Source: Octopus sinensis
Taxonomy: Eukaryota
Length of the DNA stretch: 64,000 nt
Assembly (NCBI RefSeq): GCF_006345805.1
Contig: NC_043012.1
Location: 10,726,001-10,790,000 of the forward strand
Reading direction: 5' to 3'
In this document: positions 52,685 through 64,000 of the stretch, one piece after another
Layout: each line of letters starts with the position of its first letter
How positions within the stretch are numbered: the first letter of the stretch is position 1
The notes under the pieces: generated by a model
The model's database searches: none
Told to the model about the DNA's origin: nothing
The model's input: the letters and a program-made list of their open reading frames with translations, nothing else
Program-made: the position numbers and the translations under genes

Positions 52685-53735
52685 GCTGACATCTCCAGCA
52701 CTCAGGGTTCTCGGATTCCGACAATACAAGAAAAGGAATCCGCTGCCTCAGGCAAAATTATGATCATACCTTTAACGATAATGACAACGCCGAAGACAGA
52801 CCTAACTGGACAACTGGCAGAGGCCTGATGATGGAAGCCAGCTACACGGAAGGTCCAAAGCATGCTGCTTCCAGTATGGTAACATACCCAGACTGCAGTT
52901 GCCATTTTCGCTTTACGACTTTGCCATGACTCAGATAAAGGCAACAAAGATATGCGAAGGTGGCTGGTCGGTCAGCCAAATTTCAGCTCAGTCAATCTAT
53001 ACAAGACCTCTAAGCTGTATCTACTAATTTCATCAGTGGTGGAAAAATTGAAAGCCAGAAAGGCAAGAGCAATCAGTACATTGCTTCCATCTGAAGGCTA
53101 AAGAGTTAGACATGTCAACAAGACCATGAAGTGTAGAGGATAACGGGAGTAGGATACTGTTGGAATGGTCTGTCATGGACGAGGAGGATTTGGCAATTAC
53201 AGCACCAAGCGGTGAGAAAACACCAGGAACAAGACAGGGTACATAGCGAAATGGGTCCGTGATTCAACAGAGGAGGATCTTCGAGTGAAGGTAGTAGTAC
53301 TTAACCTCCAGAGACAATGGATACAATGAGACCAGGCACTTGAGTGCCTACTGTCCTAGAAGGAACTCTGGAGCACTGACCAAGGAGGATTGCACTTTAT
53401 ACTCAATGCTGTCGCTGACCTCTTTCCAACCTCCAAAGAACCTTAAAATATAGGGAAGGGTAAGAAGACTTATCTTTCTGCACAGCTTGAATCACATTTT
53501 GACCGGATACCGTAGGGCACTGGGAGAAGGCCGATACAAGTGGAGACATGACAAGATCCTTGCAGAAATTGCCAAGTGCACTGATCTGCAGAGGGTGAAG
53601 GCTAATAAACATCAACCACCACCACTACCAAAGGGTATCAAATTCATAAAGGACGGTGACAACGCTCTCAAGGCGAAAGCAAAGGTAAGGGACCCGTTTC
53701 CTATTTTGCGCTCAACCTCAGACTGGGATATACAA
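52685..53735 (+). mobile_element. HERO-like (R2 superfamily, RLE-type) non-LTR retrotransposon fragment
   Basis: Frameshifted peptides GRSKACCFQYGNIPRLQLP, RRWLVGQPNFSSVNLYK, KELWSTDQGGLHFILNAVADLFP and NHILTGYRRALGEGRYKWRHDKILAEIA match from memory the HERO RT thumb, the zinc-knuckle end and the GRYRWRHD motif. Confidence 0.8.
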
Positions 53736-54705
53736 GTCATTAGACACACACACACAAACACACGCAAACACACACAAAGACGAATTACACACACACCAAG
53801 ATGTATCAGCTACAGGTAATGGAGGTGACGGTGGTAGTGGGCGTGGATGGGCGTGGCAGGTGTGAGAAAGAACGTAATTGATTATCTAAAAACAACAGAT
53901 TAAAATATCGGCGACGAGCGTCGGTGTGAATGGAGGCGGCTGCACAAACAAGGACACCTGCAATAGAAGCGCGGTCAAGTCTTGTTTATTGGAACTGGAC
54001 TGTATTGTGCTGCAGATAGGCTACCGGACTGATGCAGGGTGGAAGTTGTAGGACGGTGTTACTGGGGAAACTAAACAACGTTCTATCAGCCAGTCCCCCA
54101 CCACACACATACACATACACACACAGAGTCTTTCTCTCTGATCAAGAACATTTACGTATTGTGATGTCACAGTGTAAATGTGGATGCCTGTGTCTTTATG
54201 AGCGTGTGTGTGTGTGTATATAGGATGTTTGTGTGGTGTGTGTGTGTGTGTGTGTGTGTTTTGTTGTTGCTACAACTTCGTTAGTGCAAGTGTATATCCA
54301 ATACGTGCATATGAGCGTGAACGTGTGTACAAATACCCCCCCCCCCCCAACACATATATATATATATATATATATATACGTGTGTGTAGACATGGAATTA
54401 CATGAATAAACTGCAATAATCTATACAGAATAGGGTCGCCCCACCATGAAAGTCTTTCTTTGGCAAGGTACACACTGTGTGAAGAGGTGAGACGTTTCTG
54501 AAGAACAAGAGTTAGAGAGAGGTAGTGAGTGGGGGTGGGAGGAGAGAGAGGATAGAAGAAAATGGGGGGAGAGGTAAAGGATGTGTTGAATGAAGACAAT
54601 AGCTAGGGTAAGTGGGGCGATGGGTGGTCGGAGTTGTAAGGTGGACTGGGGATGACCTCAGCAGGTAGAGGCAGTGATGGGAGGAGTAAATGAGGTAGTA
54701 GGAAG

Positions 54706-54737
<32 letters not shown>

Positions 54738-54849
54738 GAGAATGGGCAATAGTGTAAGTGAACAAGCAAGGGGAGTGGGATGAGAGAAAGCGAAAGATAC
54801 ACACACAATCCTTTTTCACTGTAAGTATAAGGCATGAAATTTTGATGGG

Positions 54850-55022
54850 GAGGAGGATAGTCAATATCGGAATCAGCGCCCCACGAGCTCAGCTCATACT
54901 TATTTCAAGGACCCCCGAAAGGATGAAAGGCAAAGTCGACCTCGGCAGAATTTGAGCTCAGAACGCAAAGCCGGAAAGAACGTCGCGAAGCACTTTGTCC
55001 GGCGCGCGAACGACTCGGCCAG
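54850..55022 (-). mobile_element. SINE family A, degenerate
   Basis: gaccccgaaaggatgaaaggcaaagtcgacctcggcagaatttga core. Confidence 0.8.
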
Positions 55023-55802
55023 AAGAGAAGAGGTAGAAACGACCGAGAAGATCAACAAGAACGACAGAATAAGAGAACAGTCCGTGTCCACGTGTTGCTG
55101 CGCCGACGCACGACACACAATCGCTCTCTCTCTCTTCCTCTCTCTTTCGGTCTCTCTCTCTCTCTCTCTCTCTCTCACACTCACACATCCTAATCTTTTC
55201 CTCATTGAAGTATTTTCCTAAGTCAATGTTTATTTTGTTGATATTTTTCTACACCCACCCCACTCTCTTCACCCCTCCCTCATTCCCACTCCGTTCAGAG
55301 GGAGACCTGACACCTCTTCACCCACTCGTTTCACTTGATGCTCACCCTTCAACCGATCAGTGAAACAATCCACCTGTTTCTCGTACAAAAGAACCCCCCG
55401 CCCCAACATGGAATCGGTCACTTTATAGTCCTATCTCATTTTCCTTGCCCTTCTTTCCCAACGATGTCTACAGGAAACTAAAGCCCCTAATTGTTTTTAT
55501 TTAGCCTCAGATCAACAATGATCCAGCAGACGCATAATCAAAGGCGTTCCAGCCGTGACCATTAAATCTGTTTTTTAATATAAAAAAATTTTTAGATTTT
55601 ATTTTAAGGCACAAAAAGAAAATACCTCTCCCCAGACACAACAGGTTATGGTGAGAAGTTTGCTTCCTAACCACATGGTTATAGATTCAGTCCCACGGCG
55701 TGGTACCTTGGGCCGACCAAGGCCTTGAGAGCGGATTTGGTGAGCAGAAACTGAAAGAAGCTCGGTGCACACGCGCGTCACTGCTTGAGTACTGGTATTG
55801 GC

Positions 55803-56019
55803 AGAATCGTTAGCACGCTGGGCGAAATGCTTATCGGTATTTCGTCTGCCGCTACGTTGTGAGTTCAAATTCCGCCGAGGTCGACTTTGCCTTTCATCCT
55901 TTCGGGGTCGATAAATTAAGCACCAGTTACACACTGGGGTCGATGTAATCGACTTAATACCTATGTCTGTCCTTGTTTGTCCCCTCTATGTTTAGCCTCT
56001 TGTGGGTAATAAAGAAATA
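55803..56019 (+). mobile_element. Long-tail SINE A with 9-bp TSD, adjacent to family B fragments
   Basis: ggtattggc at 55794-55802 and 56020-56028. Confidence 0.85.
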
Positions 56020-56321
56020 GGTATTGGCGTATCTAAGTCCTTCTAAATTAGCGGTTCGGCAACAAAAACCGATAGAATAAGTACCAGACTTTAGAAAAAC
56101 AAGTACAGGGGGTTGATTCGGTCAACTAAAAGCTCATCAAAGTGGTGCACCAGCATGGCCGCAGTCTAACGACAGAAAAAAGATAAAAGATACATATTGT
56201 TGAATATGTCCATTTTCAAGACAGTATAAAGTGATAAGTGGGAGGTTGGCTGCTATTTCTTCTAACAGGTCCAGCTACTCATTGGGATTCTTTTAATTAA
56301 GCTCATCTTAAAAATGTAAGG

Positions 56322-56635
56322 CAATAACAGCCTCTCAACCGTTTTAGATCACAGTTCTAGAATAAACCCGGGCTCCGTGCGCCGTCGCCAGCCGCTCTTA
56401 AACCTGTAAATATTTAACCAGCCGCCCTCATCCGAGCGAAACTCAGTTTGCTCCCGTACAAAATAACATCGAAGTGATTTCTCGTACAAAAATATAAGTC
56501 AATAACAGCCTCTCAGCCATTTTAGATCACAGTTCTGAAATAAACCTGAGCTCTGTGCGCCGTCGCCAGCCGCCCTCATCCAAGCAAAAATCAGTTTGCT
56601 CCCGTACAAAATTACATCGAAGTGATTTCTCGTAC
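56322..56635. repeat. Tandem duplication, period 178 bp
   Basis: caataacagcctctca...gatttctcgtac at 56322-56487 and 56500-56635. The second copy lacks a ~30-bp internal segment. Confidence 0.9.
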
Positions 56636-57240
56636 GTAAAATCCAAAGCTGTGGAGAGAGATTGGTCTGGTGCCACGAAACGAAAACAATTCAAAAGAGG
56701 AATTTCATGACATGTCAGACTTCCTTCACAGATTCCACTGACGCAACAACAGCAGCAGCAGCGCACACATCGGGTTTCAGAATCACATAAATCAAGAAAC
56801 TTATATCAACATGAACTCAATGAATTGTGGGTACATTCTCAGCTGAGAGTGAGAGAGAGAGAGGGTGTGGAGAGCAACAGAGAGCAAGAGATTCTATAGA
56901 ACAAGGGGTTAGTTCCTGTTTCCCCTTCCCCCACAAACCTCACATTTTAAAACTTGAAAAAATTTCTGTGACAGCTCCAAGTACCTTGGAACCTCATCCT
57001 CCACCTACTTAGACGGTATTTAACAATTAGGCCCAGTACATCTCATTTAAATATGCAGCACACACACACACGCAGTGGATATGTGTGGGTGGGTGTTTTT
57101 AAATAACGCTGCAAATTTTTTTTTTTTATTCTCATCTTTTTATTATTGTTGTTGTTGTTGTGTTGCTTGTATAAAATACTGACACAGTGGAAATAACAAA
57201 GGGAAGAATGCGAAGCAGAAGAATGGATGGAGGGTTTACA

Positions 57241-57620
57241 CTTTTACTTGTTTCAGTCATTTGACTGTGGCCATGCTGGAGCACCGCCTTTTAGTCGAGC
57301 AAATCGACCCCAGGACTTATTCTTTGTAAGCCTAGTACTTATTCTATCGGTGACTTTTGCCGAACCGCTAAGTTACGGGGAGGTTGTCAAGCGATGTTGG
57401 GGGGACAAACACAGACACACAAACATATACACACACGTACATATATATATATATACACACATACATACATACGACGGGCTTCTTTCAGTTTCCGTCTACC
57501 AAATCCACTCACAAGGCTTTGGTTGGCCCGAGACTATAGTAGAAGACACTTACCCAAGGTGCCACGCAGTGGGACTGAACCCAGAACCATGTGGTTGGTA
57601 AGCAAGCTACTTACCACACA
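57241..57620 (-). mobile_element. SINE family B, near-consensus full length
   Basis: Complete head, spacer and 3' half. Confidence 0.9.
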
Positions 57621-57955
57621 GCCACTCTTACGCCAAATGATGATGCAAAGTAAAAGAAATGAATGAATGGCGAGAATGAACGATAAATGAAAGGTGGGTT
57701 GAAGGACAGTAAATAGATGAAGGAATGACAGTATAAGGACGTGAAGGAAGAACAATAAAGACGAAGGAGAGAGAGAGAGTAAAAATGTGAAGGAACAATA
57801 GCAAAGAGATGAAAGAATGACTGTAAAAGCCGGCGTGAAGAAAGGATAGTTATAAGGGAGAGAACAATGAAATTGTGAAAGAAAAAGAATAAGGGCAGAT
57901 AGGAAGGAGGATAATGAGAGGAAGAGTAGGAGGAATGATAAATATAAAGTGAAAT

Positions 57956-58001
<46 letters not shown>

Positions 58002-58359
58002 TCAGTTGGGTGACATGGTAACAACGTTAAATTATTTGAAGAAAAAGAAAATTCCGAAAAGTCATTCCCTTAAAAACGCACGAAATCCAAAGCCAACTCC
58101 TTGAGTTCATCCCCAGCAGAATACCCGGGGCCCAACCTGCAGCAGCAGAACCTTCCAAGCAAGCATTGGCCTGATTGGTCACACCGGATGACTGTGATGT
58201 ATCTTTTTCCACGTGATGTCCTAAACATTATTACCATAAACAACAGACGTATAAGCTGTCCCAACATCCCTACACAAAAACGTTCTGTATATATATAGAC
58301 ACGTTCTACATACATGTACAGACAATTTGAAAAACCATGAAGAAACATTGATGACTGAC

Positions 58360-58551
58360 CTCGATGAAGTTGGCGAGAAGAACACAGCTCAACTCCTGCT
58401 CCAAAATCTCCTTGTTGGATGGGTTGTTATAGCACACAGCGATCAGGGTTGGGAACAAGATATTGGTAAGTCGGGGGTCGCTGAAATACTGGAATGGTAA
58501 GGAGCACAGCTGCTGAAGAATGGTCGGAGACTGGCCAGATTGGACAATGTT
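58360..58551 (-). CDS. SCAPER: SCAPER (S-phase cyclin A-associated protein in the ER), third-to-last coding exon, 192 nt, phase 0/0
   Basis: Translates to NIVQSGQSPTILQQLCSLPFQYFSDPRLTNILFPTLIAVCYNNPSNKEILEQELSCVLLANFIE. This matches from memory the conserved SCAPER C-terminus (human ...IVQSGRHPTVLQKLCQLPFQYFSDPRLIKVLFPSLIAACYNN...LEQEMSCVLLATFIQ). Acceptor ttttattttcag and donor GAG|gtcagt. Confidence 0.95.
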
Positions 58552-59449
58552 CTGAAAATAAAAGAAAACCAGGTTAAATTTACAGTTTAGAAAAAGGACT
58601 GCATGGAGGTAGTTAGAAAAATAGATATGTAGAAAGAGATAGAGAGCAGGGTTTAGGCCAATAGAAACACAGGCAGCCAAGCATATAGGCAGGCAAAAAG
58701 GCACGCACATGGAGAAGGAAGGTAGATCTTGAAGGCTCTGAAAGCGTGCTGTTCATGTTCGTTGGGGATGGTGGACGATGAGTTTTCTTGATATAAGAAC
58801 TGGATTTTCTTTTCTCTGTAAAGCAACAAGATTGTAATGACCTGACCTCATTTGAGGGGTTTATGAGGTGACTACACTCTCATTGCTTTTACGAGAAAAA
58901 ACAGTACTGCTCATATCTTGAAAGTAAAGCTTCAACCATATTGCAAAGTCTGGTCCCGTTTTTCTGAGCCAATAAAAATTTCACAGCTCAACAAGCACAA
59001 CTTCTACAAAGCTGTGTGTTTATCCCATAACAGAGTATCGCTCTTATATCGTGCGCTCCTACATTTAGCGCCATGTTGCCTCTTAATAAACATCATAAAA
59101 AAGCACATCTAAAAATTAGACCACATGACTAATTGATGTCAAAATCAATGTCACATACAAACACACACCTAATTTTCTGGGGAAATGCTGTGTCCTCTCT
59201 CTTCCTTTTCTACCACTATGACAATGGTTTCTGCTCCTTGAAGCAACATGATTTCTCGCCACCTCCACTCATGCACCTTTCCTCTTCTCATTCAACTTGC
59301 TGTATTCAACAGTTTAAAAAAAAAATGCTAACGCCATCAATCACATGAGGCTTGCAGGGTCCACGAAGGCCACGGGGCTTGCGTTCTTCTCTGAAGCTTG
59401 CTTACACACACACACACAAGCACATGAATTCGCGCATATAAGTGTGCGT

Positions 59450-59450
59450 G

Positions 59451-59502
<52 letters not shown>

Positions 59503-59747
59503 AACACGCACGTAAATTCTCATTATATATATATATATATGTGTATGTATATATATGCATATATATGTATATATATATATATATACATGTATATATATGC
59601 ATGTATATATATATATATATACATGTATATATGCATATATATGTATATATATATATATATATGTATATATATGTATATATGTATATATATGTATATATGT
59701 ATATATATGTATATATATATATATATATGTATATATATGTATATATG

Positions 59748-59805
<58 letters not shown>

Positions 59806-59830
59806 TATTATATATACACACACACACACA
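59450..59830. repeat. (TA)n/(TATG) microsatellite
   Basis: Pure low-complexity dinucleotide tract. Similar tracts at ~32480-32570, ~33675-33860, ~36830-37110 (TCTA) and ~45610-45745 (GA). Confidence 0.95.
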
Positions 59831-61349
59831 GACATACATCGTCACACCTATGGCTGCACACACACATACATAGTATAGAGGCTGGCGTAGATAGAGGGAA
59901 GAGAAAGACAACAGCCGTAACAATTCAGTCAGTGTTTTTTAAGAAACATGTTATTTTTAGGATGGTGGTGGTGGTGGTGGTGGTGGTGGAGGTACGGAGG
60001 GGGTGGGGTGAAGGGTAGGGGAGATGGGTGGGGGTGGGGAAGAAACATTGTTTCTCTGGATTGACTCACCGTTATTTCAAGACATTCAATACTGGAACCA
60101 TGGCTACAAACCTACAGGATTCCGCACGAGGGTGGAGGTGGAGGTGGGGGGGGGGTCGCGGGTGTACGGAGATAGGGGTGGATGGGGGGGTTGAGTGAGC
60201 GAGTGAGTGAGTCGTCTGTGGGTGCAAGGAGCATTGCGGACATCAGAGATAGAGCACAGGTTCGTATGTGTATGAGAGAGAGAGAAAGAAAGAGAAAGAG
60301 AGTGAGAGAGAAAGAGAGTGAGAGAGAGAGAGAGAAAGAGAGAGGACACACACAAACATTAAAAAGTGGAGGGGGGCGGCGGTGAATAGTTTTTAGTGAC
60401 AATATTATCTCAAAATTTTGCAACAGACACACATTTATCTCTAAAGCCATTTTCCCTCCCACCACTCGTGCAACATACGTTTTCTTTCTCTCTCTATCTC
60501 TCTCTCTCTCTCTCTCTCACTCCTCTTCCTCATCCCCTCACCACCACAGTATTTCGCCTCCAGCGCCCCCCAACCGCCAGACCCCGCTCCAACTGACTTA
60601 GAACAACACAGCTGAATGAAACCGATGCCGTCAAGTATGCAAGTAAGGGTCACTGATTATAGGGTAACGGGGAGGGGAGAGAAAAAGGGGGAAGGGTGAA
60701 GAGGGTGGATAAGGGATTGGTGGTGGGAGAAGAGCTGAAGGGGACGGCAAAGTTACATGGAAAAAAAAAGGGGAGGAGGAAACGAAAGGACGAGGGGAGG
60801 GGGGAGGTTATTTAATCTCCATCATTGCCCAACAGGGGTCTCTAGTTGTTTTGAATATATAGATACAGCTTGCTACAAGTGGCCAAAATGTGTGTGTGTG
60901 TGTGTGTTATTTGGTTTTGCCGACTATCTTGTAAGAACACAAGATGATTAACATCCTGAGGACTTCATTATGTAGTGGAGTCGGATGGACTTAGATTTAG
61001 CTTGGGAAACTTCAAGTCGCGGGAGACTCAATATTTTCAAAGTGTATATGTCGCTCTGCGTGTACACACACACACACATTGGAAATATACATACACCTCT
61101 ATGTAGTCACTCACAATGCTATAAATCGCAACTAAATCTCCCTCGATTATAATTCTATACAATTTTAAAACTACAGGCGACATAACGTAGTCCAAGATAG
61201 CCAATATCTGAAAAAGACGGGATGGTCATGGCTAGAATGCCACTCGTTGCAAGCCCATATTGACTTGCGACTAAACAACAAAAGCCATCAGAAAGAGACA
61301 GAATCCCCGACTGTCAATAACAAAACTTACAAAATTACTGACTTTCGCT

Positions 61350-61783
61350 AAGCTGCTGCCCCTGACCAAAAGGGTGCATGGGGTGTCAGGGTGAGGTAAT
61401 GACGGGCGGGGGGAACATGTGGGGCTCTTTGGGGTAGATTGTCCTCAGCTAACACCGGTGACTCTTCAAAGCTCTCTGCATGCAACAGCGGCTACACCCC
61501 GAGCAACGGCTTCCACAGGCTGGCTAAACCATGGTGAGGGTAGCCGACAGTTTCAAACCTGCGGTGAGCTAGGGCTTTTCTACCTACACGTGTGAAGACG
61601 ACCCGGCAGACTCTGCGGTCTGCGGACCAGAATGGTACAACAGGCAGGAGGACTAATCAGCAAACATTGTAGGCGGGCGGACAAGGCACAGTGAGACACG
61701 AAGGACACTGCGGCCATCTACAGCATCCCGGCCTATCTCTAGTCGTCTTCACTTCGCCCTGCCACTGGAATCAGATACGAAAG

Positions 61784-61787
<4 letters not shown>
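61350..61787 (-). mobile_element. RTE-clade 5'-UTR fragment
   Basis: Minus strand ggctaccctcaccatggtttagccagcctgtggaagccgttgctcggggtgtagccgctgttgcatgc resembles RTE/BovB-type 5' UTRs (from memory). Confidence 0.55.
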
Positions 61788-61851
<64 letters not shown>

Positions 61852-62807
61852 TGTGTGAGGCAGATGACACAGTACAACCATCCCTCACTTTAATCCATTT
61901 CACGCGCATGGCAACACATCACACCATCCCAGGCCCCTGAGCAACGGTAAAGCAGAACAACACGTGTCTTCTTCCTGAAAAGCGTGTGCGGAAGGGGAGA
62001 AACTCAGTCGTCCAACCAAGTGCAACCGCGGCCGAGAATGAATGAATGAATCAATACTGTTACAAAGAAAATATTTTTTCTTTTGAATGCAAACATCCTA
62101 ACACACACACACACAAACACACACACACAAGTATAAAGGTTAAATGGTCAAGTAAGAGTCTGACCAGAGACGCAGTCGGGTTAATCATATTGTTTCAATT
62201 ATGACAGAAATTAAATATGGTATTAATATATTTTTACTCGTTTAATTTTTAATCGATTATTGGATTGCGGCCACGCTGGAGGCACCGCTTCCGTGGGTTT
62301 AGTCGAGCATATCGGACCCAGAAATGATTTTTAAGTTTAGTATTTAGTTCATCGATCGGTAAATATCGAACAGCGAGTTCACAATAACTGAATGTAATTG
62401 GTTTTAAGTGGCATAAAAACGTAAACACGCGCATGCGTGCAGGGTGCTGGAAGACTTTACAAACTTTTGCTGAGTTTCAGGAATACGGTCATCTGACAGA
62501 AGTGAATGTTTGGAACATTGCAATGGTTTATAAATGCGGTGTTGTGTGTGTGGTTTGTTCCAAGATCAACAAAGAGCGGGTGGATATTCGAGATCATTGT
62601 CAATCTACTCGTAATCATTCCGTCTTTATGTTTATCCCAAAATAATCCTGGAATATGTCTTGTTATTTAGGACAGAAGAATGTAATTTTAGAGAGACTTA
62701 GCTGCTATTTCCAGCTTCACGTAGAGAATCTTTTATTAGCCTTTAACTATATACATGCAGAGGAGATAAGGGAGAGAGTGTGTGAGAGAGAGAGAGAACA
62801 CGCTTAA

Positions 62808-62843
<36 letters not shown>

Positions 62844-62868
62844 ACACGCTCGAGTGTATATGCATATA

Positions 62869-63372
62869 CCGTAAATCCTCGAGTATAATCCGCATTTTCC
62901 CCCAAAATTTAAAGGTCAAAATCCCTAGTGCGTACTATATACGAGGTTAAAAATGAAAAATATTTTCTAAGCAATGTCCGAGTCTGTTGTCCGGCAATGT
63001 TTATTCAGACACATTTTGTGATGTGGGGCGCGAAAATACCTTAAGCTAAGCCTGAAAGCAATGAAGTCATAAAAGAATCATCCATAACTTGCAGTAAGCA
63101 TTTATTAAACATTATTACTGTTATTTCTTTATTTTCTGCAAACAAAATGCACCAAAAAGCTACACGTTTGCATTATGTTATATATACAGTAATAATAAAG
63201 GACGTTGCCGTATACAGTTTTACAAACCAAGGACGTTATATAGACCTCCTTGACTCAAGTTAGAGAAGGAGTGTGTATTATACACAAGGTTTAGGTTTTT
63301 TTCAGAGGTACAGCTGCCTAAAAATCCCCTGCGTATTATACTCAAGGGCGGACTATACTCGAGGATTTGCGG
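62869..63372. mobile_element. Tc1/mariner-superfamily (pogo-like) MITE, 504 bp
   Basis: TA flanks at 62867-68 and 63373-74. TIR ccgtaaatcctcgagtata / tatactcgaggatttgcgg (1 mismatch). Confidence 0.85.
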
Positions 63373-63646
63373 TATGCCAGAATCGTTACCTTGTCACGTC
63401 CTCTAATGTCTTCAGTTAAAAAACGCAAATAAATTTTTTTAAAAACCCAAATTCGTCTTCCTTATTTGCTATTTCTATAAAATAAGTCGCAATCAAAATC
63501 TGCTGTTGATAATGTTGGTATATTGTAGTTAAAGCAGCGCCCCAGTATGGTCGCAATGTAATGGCATGTGTTGAAGCGATAAATAATAATAAAAAAAATA
63601 GTGTATCTGTATAATTTTATACACACGCATGCATTTACAGCCATCC

Positions 63647-63879
63647 TATTTCTTTACTGCCCACATGGGGCTAAACACAGAGAGGACAAACAAAGACAGA
63701 CAAACGGATTAAGTCGATTATATCGACCCCAATGCGTAACTGGTACTTATTTAATCGACCCCGAAAAGATGAAAGGCAAAGTCAACCTCGACGGAATTTG
63801 AACTCAGAACGTAGCTGCAGACGAAATACCGTTAAGCATTTCGCCCGGCGTGCTAACGTTTCTGCCAGCTCGCCGCCTT
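63647..63879 (-). mobile_element. Full-length long-tail SINE A, 18-bp TSD
   Basis: atgcatttacagccatcc at 63629-63646 and 63880-63897. Confidence 0.92.
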
Positions 63880-64000
63880 ATGCATTTACAGCCATCCACA
63901 CACGTACGATCCATAATGTTTTACCAGCTGGGCTCGAAAATATACACCACCACAACACGCACATACATACCAGTGCCGAGGTCAAATTGCAATTAAACAA

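Noticed and set aside
58027-58220. Possible alternative SCAPER terminal exon just after 58360
   Set aside because: Weak acceptor (taatgtttag). Phase 0 gives DITWKKIHHSHPV* with no SCAPER similarity, and the conserved tail is found at 5100-5206.

Overview
Eukaryotic, AT-rich, microsatellite- and SINE-dense DNA. The repeat families look like those of an octopod/coleoid cephalopod (inference; no search run). No CRISPR array, rRNA or true tRNA gene is supportable. The only host gene I can support is the 3' end of SCAPER on the minus strand. It has three coding exons (58360-58551, 16352-16412, 5100-5206) that splice in frame through canonical AG/GT sites to give ...NIVQSGQSPTILQQLCSLPFQYFSDPRLTNILFPTLIAVCYNNPSNKEILEQELSCVLLANFIE|EKQLECQQARLMPSKVSKTQ|DKDKARTSDLEVRMSFASRFPVDVWPAAMACFKQE*. 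The introns are 41,947 bp and 11,145 bp. In other animals the 3' introns of Scaper carry enhancers for the tail-to-tail neighbour Islet, so the non-repeat, motif-rich islands in these introns are candidate Islet enhancers. The rest of the window holds at least three tRNA-headed SINE families and two other short retroposed repeats, HERO/RTE/CR1-like LINE fragments, mariner, piggyBac-like and Merlin-like DNA elements, and simple repeats. The most unusual items are: degenerate hammerhead-ribozyme-like motifs; a TSD-flanked RTE mini-element with a structured, HDV-like 5' end; SINEs inserted into their own family at the homologous position; and a local fold-back repeat cluster. Almost all other ORFs in the track are repeat artefacts. 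Repeat boundaries are approximate unless a TSD is quoted.
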